NCBI GenBank assembly: GCA_964543385.1
Contig: CAZIYE010000002.1
Span: forward strand, 30,001-62,000
Direction of reading: 5' to 3'
Origin: an uncultured Candidatus Saccharibacteria bacterium
GTDB lineage: Bacteria; Patescibacteriota; UBA1384; XYA2-FULL-43-10; 1-14-0-10-43-13
Length of the DNA: 32,000 bases
In this document: piece after piece, positions 8,391-16,552 of the stretch
Layout of the letters: each line of letters opens with the position of its first letter
How positions within the stretch are numbered: the first letter of the stretch is position 1
Notes under the pieces: model-generated
What the model was told of the DNA's origin: nothing
The model's database searches: none
What the model saw: the letters and a program-made list of their open reading frames with translations, nothing else
Translations under genes and position numbers: made by a program

Positions 8391-8391
8391 T

Positions 8392-8946
8392 ATGATATTA
8401 GGAGTAACTGGAACAATTGGCGCTGGCAAAGATTTGATTGCAAGATATCTGGAAAGTAAAGATTTTCAGCATATTTCTACTGCCGATATCCTTAGAGAAG
8501 AAGTCTCTCAAAAAGGCTTATCCTTAGAACGTGAATCATTACGCACTTTTTCAAACGATTTAAAGAAAGAAAAAGGTGGCGATTATCTAGCAAGGGAGGC
8601 TGTTGCTAGAATGAAAAGTGATAATATTATAATATCCGCAATAAGAGCAGTAGAAGAAGTCGATTACCTAAAAAAACTAGATAATTTTTATCTTATTTTT
8701 ATTGATGCTCCTGTTGAATTACGATATGAAAGAATCAGAAAAAGATCACGGATAGGCGAGAAGGAAATAGCCTTTGAAGAGTTTAAAAGAAAAGAAGACT
8801 TAGAAATGTTTGGCCAAAGCTCACAAAGACTAGATTATTGCAGGGAGAAGGCCGATTTCATAATTAGTAATACTAGCTCCATAGATCAATTAAATATAGA
8901 AATTGACAATCTGCTAATCAAGATTAGGGAAAGTGGAAATAAATGA
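8392..8946 (+). CDS. P-loop nucleotide kinase-like protein (dephospho-CoA/NMP kinase fold)
   Basis: Walker A GVTGTIGAGKD, FIDAPVELRYERIRKR lid-like segment. MILGV is the preferred start over the upstream ORF start at 8359. Confidence 0.65.
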   Translation: MILGVTGTIGAGKDLIARYLESKDFQHISTADILREEVSQKGLSLERESLRTFSNDLKKEKGGDYLAREAVARMKSDNIIISAIRAVEEVDYLKKLDNFYLIFIDAPVELRYERIRKRSRIGEKEIAFEEFKRKEDLEMFGQSSQRLDYCREKADFIISNTSSIDQLNIEIDNLLIKIRESGNK

Positions 8947-9773
8947 CACAGTTTGATCATGTATACCAAGATGCAATAGCCAGAGTTCTGAATGAAGGAG
9001 TGGAAGATTTTAATGTTCGTACTGGCATGAAAGTAAAGGCAGTGCCGGGACTTACTTTTCAGTGTGATTTTGGTTTTCCGATATTAACATTACGCAAAAT
9101 CCCCATAAAACTATTTATAGCTGAGATGGTTTGGTTTCTTTCTGGTAGCAAGGATCCAGATGATTTCTTAAGTAAATATACGAAAATATGGGATGATTTC
9201 CGAGAAGAAGATGGTACTATTGCTGCGGCTTATGGTCATCGCTGGAGACACCATTTCGGGCGTGATCAGATAAAAGACTTAATTTCCCTTCTCCAGAATG
9301 AGCCATCTTCGCGCCACGGTGTGGTCGTAACATGGGATCCGGCAGACGACGGTCTTGGCAGCGGCACGAAAAAGAAAAACGTACCTTGTCCATACACATT
9401 TACCGTAAATATTATCGGTGATAGACTTCATTTGCATTCAATAGTTCGCTCAAATGATATGATGCTTGGCTGCCCTCACGATACAGCCGGCTTCTCATTG
9501 CTCCAATATTTATTAGCAGCAAAACTTGGCGTAAGACCAGGCGTTTATACACATTCAGTAAGCAATGCTCATATATATGAAAATCATTATGACCAGGCAT
9601 GGGAGATCGTGAATAGAGAAAATTCTCACCCCCCAATCGTTTTTGAGCCCAGGCCAGATTATCTAGATAGAGCAATGGCAGGGGACGAAAGCGTAATAAA
9701 TGAAATTTACGAAACATTAACAGAACAATACAAACCTAGATCAGCAGTTAAAAAAATGAAGATAGCATTATGA
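8943..9773 (+). CDS. Thymidylate synthase-family enzyme with dCMP-type active site (Asp180)
   Basis: ThyA-family core: NVRTG, ELVWFL-like EMVWFLSG, IWDDF, YGHRW, catalytic Cys149 in VPCPYTF, VRSNDMMLGCPHDTAGFSLL, HIYENHYDQ. Substrate assignment unresolved (see findings). Confidence 0.9.
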   Translation: MTQFDHVYQDAIARVLNEGVEDFNVRTGMKVKAVPGLTFQCDFGFPILTLRKIPIKLFIAEMVWFLSGSKDPDDFLSKYTKIWDDFREEDGTIAAAYGHRWRHHFGRDQIKDLISLLQNEPSSRHGVVVTWDPADDGLGSGTKKKNVPCPYTFTVNIIGDRLHLHSIVRSNDMMLGCPHDTAGFSLLQYLLAAKLGVRPGVYTHSVSNAHIYENHYDQAWEIVNRENSHPPIVFEPRPDYLDRAMAGDESVINEIYETLTEQYKPRSAVKKMKIAL

Positions 9774-10297
9774 AAACAATAATAATCATGGCTCAGTCAC
9801 TTGATGGTGTGATAGCTTATGACGCTGACCACGCCGCGAACTGGACATCGAAAGAAGATAAGCAGTTTTTTATATCTGAAACCAAGAAAGCCGGAGTAAT
9901 AATTTTTGGCAGAAATACCTATAAAACTTTTGGCGACAAACCTTTGCAAGGCAGACTAAACCTTGTGATGACCCTGGATGAAAGTGAAAAGCAATTTGAA
10001 AAGCCAGGTCTTGTTGAATATGCGGTTAAAAAAGAGCCATCGGAAATATTAAAAATGTTAAAAAAGAGAGGCTTTAAAAAAGTTTTTGTCGGCGGAGGAA
10101 GTATGATTAATTCACTTTTCCTTGATAAGGGGTTAATCGATGAACTTTGGATAACCATTGAGCCAAAAATTTTTGGAAAAGGATTAAAAATACTCACTGA
10201 TCAAAAAAGAGATATTAATCTTGTTTTGAAAACAGTTAAAAAAGCAAACCAATCAGTTTTATTAAAGTACGGAGTGAATTATGGGAATTCTAACTAG
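9770..10297 (+). CDS. Dihydrofolate reductase / RibD C-terminal-family protein
   Basis: IIIMAQSLDGVIA, GVIIFGRNTYKTFG, KKVFVGGGSMINSLFLDKGLIDELWITIEPKIFGKG. Confidence 0.8.
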   Translation: MKTIIIMAQSLDGVIAYDADHAANWTSKEDKQFFISETKKAGVIIFGRNTYKTFGDKPLQGRLNLVMTLDESEKQFEKPGLVEYAVKKEPSEILKMLKKRGFKKVFVGGGSMINSLFLDKGLIDELWITIEPKIFGKGLKILTDQKRDINLVLKTVKKANQSVLLKYGVNYGNSN

Positions 10298-10997
10298 AAA
10301 AGAAATTTTGACTGCTATTGCTGATGGGGAGCTTAGTTTTGAGCCAGGCTTAGACCAATTTCAGCTACAACCAGCTGCAATCGACGTTCGGGTTGGTATG
10401 AACTTTTTCATACCAAAAATTTGGTCATTTGGAGAAGAGGGAAGAACGGGCTTGAATACTGATCATCTTGATAACGAAAAAAAGAATGAGTTTTTAGATA
10501 GTCTACATTTAAAACATGGGCAGACCTTTGAATTGCTCCCAGGGGAATTTATCTTAATTTCGACTCTAGAAAAGATTTCTATGAAGTCAGGCAGACTTGT
10601 CTCTATCCTTTATCCTAGGAGTTCCACGACCAGAAGAGGTATATCTATTGAATCTGGCGTTATAGATCCTCATTACGAAGGCTCTCTTATGATCCCTGTT
10701 TTTAATATGACTAGAACGCAAAAAATCAAGATATATCCCGGTGAAAGAATTGCCCAGCTTGTTTTTTCTACTACCGAGAGTGTTCTTTCTAAGGAAGAGT
10801 CCTTGAATCATGGACTTGCAAAACCTAAATATCAGGGAGTCCAAGGCTATCAGTTGGATTATAAGTTCGATCCGCATGATGAAATCAATTTAGTCAAAAA
10901 TGGCCAATTGGATAAATTAAAAAAGAATCACCTAATTTCATTAGACGAAAGGGTTGAAAGTGGCGACGAAAAAAATCAACTACCCTTATCTGCCTAA
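10281..10997 (+). CDS. dCTP deaminase/dUTPase-superfamily protein (deaminase Glu apparently absent)
   Basis: LQPAAIDVRVG, PRSSTTRRG, SGVIDPHYEGSLMIPVFN, IYPGERIAQLVF. Confidence 0.8.
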   Translation: MGILTRKEILTAIADGELSFEPGLDQFQLQPAAIDVRVGMNFFIPKIWSFGEEGRTGLNTDHLDNEKKNEFLDSLHLKHGQTFELLPGEFILISTLEKISMKSGRLVSILYPRSSTTRRGISIESGVIDPHYEGSLMIPVFNMTRTQKIKIYPGERIAQLVFSTTESVLSKEESLNHGLAKPKYQGVQGYQLDYKFDPHDEINLVKNGQLDKLKKNHLISLDERVESGDEKNQLPLSA

Positions 10998-11841
10998 AGG
11001 TAGAGAAATCAAGTTTGTCGGTTCTGAAAATGAATATATATTAGCGGCTAAAGAGGCTGCTATGAAGGCTGGCTGCAGAAAACAGCCAACAGGAGCAGTC
11101 TTGGTCAAAGACGGCAAAATAATAATGACGGCTACCAATGCAAGTACTACGGTCAGCGTCTGCCCCAGAGTATTAAAAGGAAGCAAGACTGGAACCGACT
11201 ATCATTTTTGCAAGGAAGTTTGTAATCAAGACGGGCACTCTGAATATAGCGCAGTACAAAAATGTCTAGAGAAGGGGATAGACATAAAAGACGCTGATAT
11301 TTATCTCTGGGGACATTGGTGGTGCTGCAAACCATGTTGGGACAAGATGATCGAAGGAGAAATCAAAAATGTTTATCTGGAGAAAAATGCAGATGAAAAA
11401 TTCATGTTTTCCGCAACTATCGGCAAAATCTATATTTCAGGTGCTCTCACCATACAGCCAAAGGGTAAAAATTTAAGAAAATCATATGAAAATTTAGCAG
11501 CAGTTTGCTCAAACTTTTGTAGCAATGTTTATGTGCCACATCTTAATAGCACGGATCCGATCAAGGATCCCAATGAAGTGCCGTCTATTGTTTGGAAAAC
11601 TGATCACAGGGAAGTAGCTTCTTCTGATATCGTAGTCGCATATGTTGGCGCACCATCTCTAGGGACTGGCGCAGAGCTTGAGATCGCCAGAATGGCGGCT
11701 TCAGATATAGTAGTTTGGTGGTATAAAGGTGAAATGGTTAGTAGAATGTGTCTTGGAAATCCAAATGTTAAATATAAGTTGGAAGTTATCAATGACCAAG
11801 ATTTAGCCCATCAGCTTAAGTTAGTCCTAAGGAATTATTAG
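10960..11841 (+). CDS. Fusion: dCMP/cytidine-deaminase-like domain + nucleoside 2-deoxyribosyltransferase/DNPH1-like N-glycosidase domain
   Basis: N-term PTGAVLVKDGKII, CPRVLKG..GHSEYSAV, CCKPC (zinc H-x-E / CxxC). C-term KIYISGALT, DIVVAYVGAPSLGTGAELEIARM. GTG start with GAAAGG SD. Confidence 0.8.
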   Translation: MATKKINYPYLPKGREIKFVGSENEYILAAKEAAMKAGCRKQPTGAVLVKDGKIIMTATNASTTVSVCPRVLKGSKTGTDYHFCKEVCNQDGHSEYSAVQKCLEKGIDIKDADIYLWGHWWCCKPCWDKMIEGEIKNVYLEKNADEKFMFSATIGKIYISGALTIQPKGKNLRKSYENLAAVCSNFCSNVYVPHLNSTDPIKDPNEVPSIVWKTDHREVASSDIVVAYVGAPSLGTGAELEIARMAASDIVVWWYKGEMVSRMCLGNPNVKYKLEVINDQDLAHQLKLVLRNY

Positions 11842-11884
11842 GTTTTGATATTTACTTTTTTTGTTAAAGTGGTAAAATAATAGA

Positions 11885-12018
11885 ATTATCCAAGTTGATG
11901 ATGGGAGTACCGCCCCGGAGACTTGGCGCAAACTCAAGCGAATGAGTAAATTAAGATCCAAATCGAGATGGAACCGCCCCCAAATAAAGGGAGCTCTCGA
12001 GTTCTTTGGGTCTTTTTT
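11885..12018 (+). promoter_or_regulatory. T-box-like leader / attenuator upstream of thrS
   Basis: Promoter TTTACT-N16-TAAAAT. Antiterminator UCGAGA-[UGGAACCG]-CCCC...GGG..UCUCGA with UGGN bulge. Competing terminator GAGCUC-UC-GAGUUC plus U-run. Confidence 0.65.
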
Positions 12019-12079
12019 GTTACAATAAATTTATTAAATATTTCAAACCCCATTTTTGGGTAATCAAAGAAGGACAAAG

Positions 12080-13807
12080 ATGCAAGAGAAAATCGACATC
12101 GAAAAAGTTAGACACTCGCTTAGCCATGTTTTGGCTGCAGCTGTTTTGGATATGTTTCCAGAGGCAAAGCTCGGTATCGGACCGGCTATTGAGAATGGTT
12201 TTTATTATGATTTTGATTTGCCAAGAACTTTAATCCCAGAAGACCTGCCAATCCTTGAGGAGAAAATGAAAAAAATGATTGCTGGTGATTTTGCCCTAGA
12301 ATGCAGGAAGGAGCCGAAAGACAAGGCTGAAAATTTTTTCAAAAAAATAGGTCAACAGTATAAATCTGAATTAGCAAGTGAAATTGATGATGAGAGTGTC
12401 TCAATATATGACATAAAAGACGAGAAAAGCGGTCAATATGTATTTGCTGATCTTTGCGCTGGGCCACACATCGAGTCTGCGAAAAATTTAAGAAACATTG
12501 GCTGGAAATTAGATAAAATCGCTGGTGCTTATTGGCGTGGTAATGAAAAGAATAAGATGTTGCAGCGTATTTATGGGTTGGCTTTCGAAACTAGAGACGA
12601 ACTAAAAGAATATGAGCTGATGATGATCGAAGCAGCTAAGCACGATCATAAAAAATTAGGCAAAGAGCTGGATTTGTTCTCTTTTCATCCCGAAGCTCCG
12701 GGTATGCCCTTCTGGCACGAAAAAGGGATGGCTATTTGGACTCAGCTTGAAAAATTTGGCAAATCAATTCGTAAGAAATATGATTATATTGAGATCAAGA
12801 CTCCACTTCTAGCCAAAAATAGCTTATGGATAACATCTGGCCACTGGGACCATTATCGAGATGGCATGTTCACTTTTAATATCGGCGAAGATATTTATGG
12901 ACTGAAACCCATGGATTGTCCATTTAATGTAAAGATTTATCAGACGAAACCAAGATCATATAAGGATCTGCCAATTCGTTACACAGAAATAGGTCATGTT
13001 CACCGCAAGGAGCAATCGGGTGAATTAAATGGTCTTTTGAGAGTACAAGAAATTACCCAAGATGATTCTCATATATTTATGAGAGAAGACCAAATCGGCG
13101 AAGAAATTGGTAAATTATTAAAAATGGTCAAAGAATTTTATAAAAAACTCACATTAGAACCAGAGTTTTTCCTTTCGACTAGACCGGAAAAATATATAGG
13201 TGAGATTAAGACTTGGGACAAGGCTGAAGATGACTTAAGAAAGGTACTTGAGTCTGAAAAAATCAGCTATGAGCTGAAGGAAAAGGATGGCGCATTTTAT
13301 GGCCCAAAAATCGATGTTAATATCAAAGATGTGTTTGGTAGATCTTGGCAGTTAGCCACTATCCAGTTAGATTTTCAATTACCCGGACGCTTTGATTGTG
13401 AATATATAGACGAAAATGGTGAAAAAAAGACTCCAGTCTTAATACATGCTGCAGTATTTGGTGCGTTTGAACGCATGATTGGCATCTTAATTGAGCATTT
13501 TGGTGGTGCTTTTCCAACATGGTTGGCGCCAATTCAAGCTCAAATACTGCCGATTGCTGATAGACATCTCGAATATGCAAAGAAAATCAGAGAAGCATTG
13601 CAAGACCAAGGAATCAGAGTCTCTATTGATGATAGAACAGAATCCATCGGCAAGAAAATCCGTGAAGCTGAAATGCAAAAAATCCCTTACATGCTAATAG
13701 TCGGTGACAAAGAAATCGAAGCCAAGAAAATAGCAGTTCGAAAATATGGAGAAGGGGATAGGGGGCAGATAGATGCTGAGGAATTAATCAAAGAGATAAA
13801 TGGCTAA
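12080..13807 (+). CDS. thrS: Threonyl-tRNA synthetase
   Basis: IDIEKVRHSLSHVLAAAV, class II core GMPFWHEKG, DCPFNVKIY, RYTEIGHVHRKEQSGELNGLLR, TQDDSHIF. Confidence 0.96.
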   Translation: MQEKIDIEKVRHSLSHVLAAAVLDMFPEAKLGIGPAIENGFYYDFDLPRTLIPEDLPILEEKMKKMIAGDFALECRKEPKDKAENFFKKIGQQYKSELASEIDDESVSIYDIKDEKSGQYVFADLCAGPHIESAKNLRNIGWKLDKIAGAYWRGNEKNKMLQRIYGLAFETRDELKEYELMMIEAAKHDHKKLGKELDLFSFHPEAPGMPFWHEKGMAIWTQLEKFGKSIRKKYDYIEIKTPLLAKNSLWITSGHWDHYRDGMFTFNIGEDIYGLKPMDCPFNVKIYQTKPRSYKDLPIRYTEIGHVHRKEQSGELNGLLRVQEITQDDSHIFMREDQIGEEIGKLLKMVKEFYKKLTLEPEFFLSTRPEKYIGEIKTWDKAEDDLRKVLESEKISYELKEKDGAFYGPKIDVNIKDVFGRSWQLATIQLDFQLPGRFDCEYIDENGEKKTPVLIHAAVFGAFERMIGILIEHFGGAFPTWLAPIQAQILPIADRHLEYAKKIREALQDQGIRVSIDDRTESIGKKIREAEMQKIPYMLIVGDKEIEAKKIAVRKYGEGDRGQIDAEELIKEING

Positions 13808-14225
13808 TCCAAAACCTGGAAAAGATTATATCGGTGTTGGTGGAGGGGTATTAATTATCAACGATAAAAAAGAAACTCTTTTGTTGAAACGAGGCAAGAA
13901 GGCAAAAAACGATATTGGAATCTGGTGCAAGCCTGGCGGCGCAGTGGAGTATGGGGAGACCGTTGAGGCAATGATGAAAAGAGAGGTCAAAGAAGAATTA
14001 AATATAGATATAGAAATCATTAAATGGCTCAAACATACAGATCATTTTGTTGATGGCGATCACTGGGTCGCATTTAATTGCGTTGCCAAAATTATAAATG
14101 GTAATCCGGAAAATATGGAACCTCTTAAACATTCCGAAATAAAGTGGTTTAGTCTTGATAAAATGCCGAAAAATCTAGCTGCACCTACTAAAGATGCAGC
14201 AGAAGAATATCTAAAAAGTCTATGA
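13800..14225 (+). CDS. NUDIX hydrolase
   Basis: Nudix box GGAVEYGETVEAMMKREVKEELNIDIE. Confidence 0.92.
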   Translation: MANPKPGKDYIGVGGGVLIINDKKETLLLKRGKKAKNDIGIWCKPGGAVEYGETVEAMMKREVKEELNIDIEIIKWLKHTDHFVDGDHWVAFNCVAKIINGNPENMEPLKHSEIKWFSLDKMPKNLAAPTKDAAEEYLKSL

Positions 14226-15376
14226 AATTTCCAAAAGGTTTTTTATTTGGTTCTGCTACTGCTGCCCATCAAATTGAGGGCGGCAATTATGATAATGATT
14301 GGTATCAATGGGAGAAAATCCCAGGGAATATTATCGATGGCTCGACTTCGGAAGTCGCTAATGATAGCTGGAACAATTGGCGTGAGGACATACGACTCCT
14401 AAAACAGACCAAGCAGAATGCTTATCGGTTCTCTATAGAGTGGGCTAGAATTGAGCCAAAAGAGGGGGTCTTTGATTATGAAGTAATAAAGCAGTACAAA
14501 GAGATATTACTTGAGCTTAAGAAAAATGGCATTAAATCAATGGTCACGCTTTTTCATTTTACTTTTCCTTTCTGGCTGGCAAAAAATGGAGGTATTGTGA
14601 ACAAGAAGATAGGTTTCTATTTTGAACGTTATGCTATGGTTGTAGCCAAAGAGCTCGGCGAACTCATCGACCTATGGGCAATCCTGAATGAACCAAATGT
14701 TTATCTGCTCAAGGGCTATATCCATGGTGATTGGTGTCCGGGCCAAAAAAATTATTTCAAGATGATCAAAGGATGGTTTAATTTCATAGATTGCCAGAAA
14801 AGAGCATACAAAAAAATTAAAAAAATCGTCAAAAATGCAAGAATTGGTATTGCGATGAATATCGCTGTTTATAGGCCAGCGACCGAAAATTTTTTAGATA
14901 AAATTTTCACTTGGGCTACTCCAAAAATTACTCATGAAATATTTTTATTTTTTATAAAAAATTATTGTGATTTTTTTGGTATTAATCACTATATGAAATT
15001 TATTGTTGGTTTTGGCAAGAGTGCAAAACAAGCAGGAGAGAATCAGTCCGATTTTGGTTGGGGAATAAATCCAGAAAGCCTTTACGAGGTTATTAAGGAA
15101 AATATCCATTGGGGTAAGCCAATTTATATAACAGAAAATGGTATTGCAGACGCAGATGATAAGTTGCGGCCGGAATTCATAAAAGATGCTTTAGGACAGA
15201 TCAAAAAAGCCTTAGATGACAATATGCCAGTCAAAGGGTATTTCCATTGGAGTCTAATGGATAATTTTGAATGGGCTCATGGTTACAGTATGAAGTTTGG
15301 ATTGTTCACAATAGATCGCAAACCAAAAAAAAGTGCAAATATTTATAAGTGTCTTATAGAGAAATACTCTAACTAA
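14222..15376 (+). CDS. Glycoside hydrolase family 1 (beta-glucosidase-like)
   Basis: FLFGSATAAHQIEGG, acid/base ILNEPNVY, nucleophile YITENG, GYFHWSLMDNFEWAHGY. Confidence 0.95.
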   Translation: MKFPKGFLFGSATAAHQIEGGNYDNDWYQWEKIPGNIIDGSTSEVANDSWNNWREDIRLLKQTKQNAYRFSIEWARIEPKEGVFDYEVIKQYKEILLELKKNGIKSMVTLFHFTFPFWLAKNGGIVNKKIGFYFERYAMVVAKELGELIDLWAILNEPNVYLLKGYIHGDWCPGQKNYFKMIKGWFNFIDCQKRAYKKIKKIVKNARIGIAMNIAVYRPATENFLDKIFTWATPKITHEIFLFFIKNYCDFFGINHYMKFIVGFGKSAKQAGENQSDFGWGINPESLYEVIKENIHWGKPIYITENGIADADDKLRPEFIKDALGQIKKALDDNMPVKGYFHWSLMDNFEWAHGYSMKFGLFTIDRKPKKSANIYKCLIEKYSN

Positions 15377-16392
15377 CTATTAGAAATATCATTTAATATT
15401 CGCCAACGACGTTCTTTCTCAATCCATGGGATAGGATCTCCTAGCTTAAAAGCAGCAGTACCTTCTCGTGGGGAATATTTATTATTGAAGGCTTGCGAAA
15501 ATTTCACACTTGTTAATACATCAACAGTTTCTTGAAAATCATCCAGAGTTTCGTCTGGAAAGCCAACTATAGTATCAGTCGATAATTTTACATCAGGAAT
15601 TTTATTTTGTATTTTTCTTATTAATTCCAAATATATCTCTTTTGTGTACGGTCTATTCATCGCCTTTAATATCTTATTGCTACCAGATTGTATCGGCAGG
15701 TGAATAGATTTTGCAATTTTTGGTAGTGATGCAATAGCATCAATTATATCGTCGCTCATATCCTTGGGATGATTCGAAGTAAAATAAACAACAAAGTCCC
15801 CTGGAATATTGTTGATTTCTTTTAGCAGTTTGGAAAAACCAAATTCATAAGAATTTACATTTTGGCCCAGAAGCCATATTTCTTTATGGCCGGCGTCAGC
15901 CACCTTTTTCACGTCTTCAATTATTTCTATGGCAGGACGTGATATTTCTCTACCGCGGGTATATGGCACTGCACAATAAGAGCAAAAATTATTGCAACCT
16001 TTCATAATAGGTATATAATTCGATCTCTTTTGTCCTTCTTTTAACAAGCTAGACAGAACTAGAGCTTGATCACCATCAAGGCTCAGGAAATCTTTCAAAC
16101 TATCGATATCGCCATTGTCCCAGATCTTAGCTCCCTTGTTGGCAAATATTTTTTTATCTTTTTCGAGAATACAGCCAGATACAAAGACCTTTTTCCCTTC
16201 TTTGATAAAATTCTTAGTAATACTCATAGCTCGATCAACCCCGGTTTTTCGGACAGAACAATTCAAGAGAAACACTATGTCGGCCTCTTCTTTATTTGTT
16301 TCTCGTAAACCCAAGTTTCTTAGGACAAAAGCCAGGCGGGCAGCATCCCACTCGTTATATTGGCAGCCAAATGATTTGATGAAAAAATTCAT
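15373..16392 (-). CDS. miaB: MiaB-like tRNA methylthiotransferase (radical SAM), short C-terminus
   Basis: FGCQYNEWDAARL, radical SAM MKGCNNFCSYCAVPYTRGRE, HLPIQSGSNKILKAMNR, DTIVGFPDET, NKYSPREGTAA. No recognisable TRAM domain. Confidence 0.85.
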   Translation of the reverse strand: MNFFIKSFGCQYNEWDAARLAFVLRNLGLRETNKEEADIVFLLNCSVRKTGVDRAMSITKNFIKEGKKVFVSGCILEKDKKIFANKGAKIWDNGDIDSLKDFLSLDGDQALVLSSLLKEGQKRSNYIPIMKGCNNFCSYCAVPYTRGREISRPAIEIIEDVKKVADAGHKEIWLLGQNVNSYEFGFSKLLKEINNIPGDFVVYFTSNHPKDMSDDIIDAIASLPKIAKSIHLPIQSGSNKILKAMNRPYTKEIYLELIRKIQNKIPDVKLSTDTIVGFPDETLDDFQETVDVLTSVKFSQAFNNKYSPREGTAAFKLGDPIPWIEKERRWRILNDISNS

Positions 16393-16500
16393 TGTGTGTA
16401 TTTTAAAATAAATTGAATCAAGTGAAAACATACCAGAAAAATGTGTGTTTTTCTATCGGTCTTTTGTAAACCTCTGATTATGGTCAGCATGTGCTAAAAC

Positions 16501-16524
16501 AAAAATGCCCTTACGGGCATTTTT
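16501..16524. terminator. Intrinsic terminator, downstream of rplY
   Basis: AAAAATGCCC-TTAC-GGGCATTTTT. Confidence 0.8.
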
Positions 16525-16552
16525 GCAATATGTAACAGAATTGACGGTAAAA

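Noticed and set aside
5572-11841. Interpreting the nucleotide cluster as an integrated phage
   Set aside because: There are no capsid, terminase, integrase or tail genes, and the flanks are housekeeping (tRNA-Val, thrS). Past acquisition from a phage is possible but not supported by the window.
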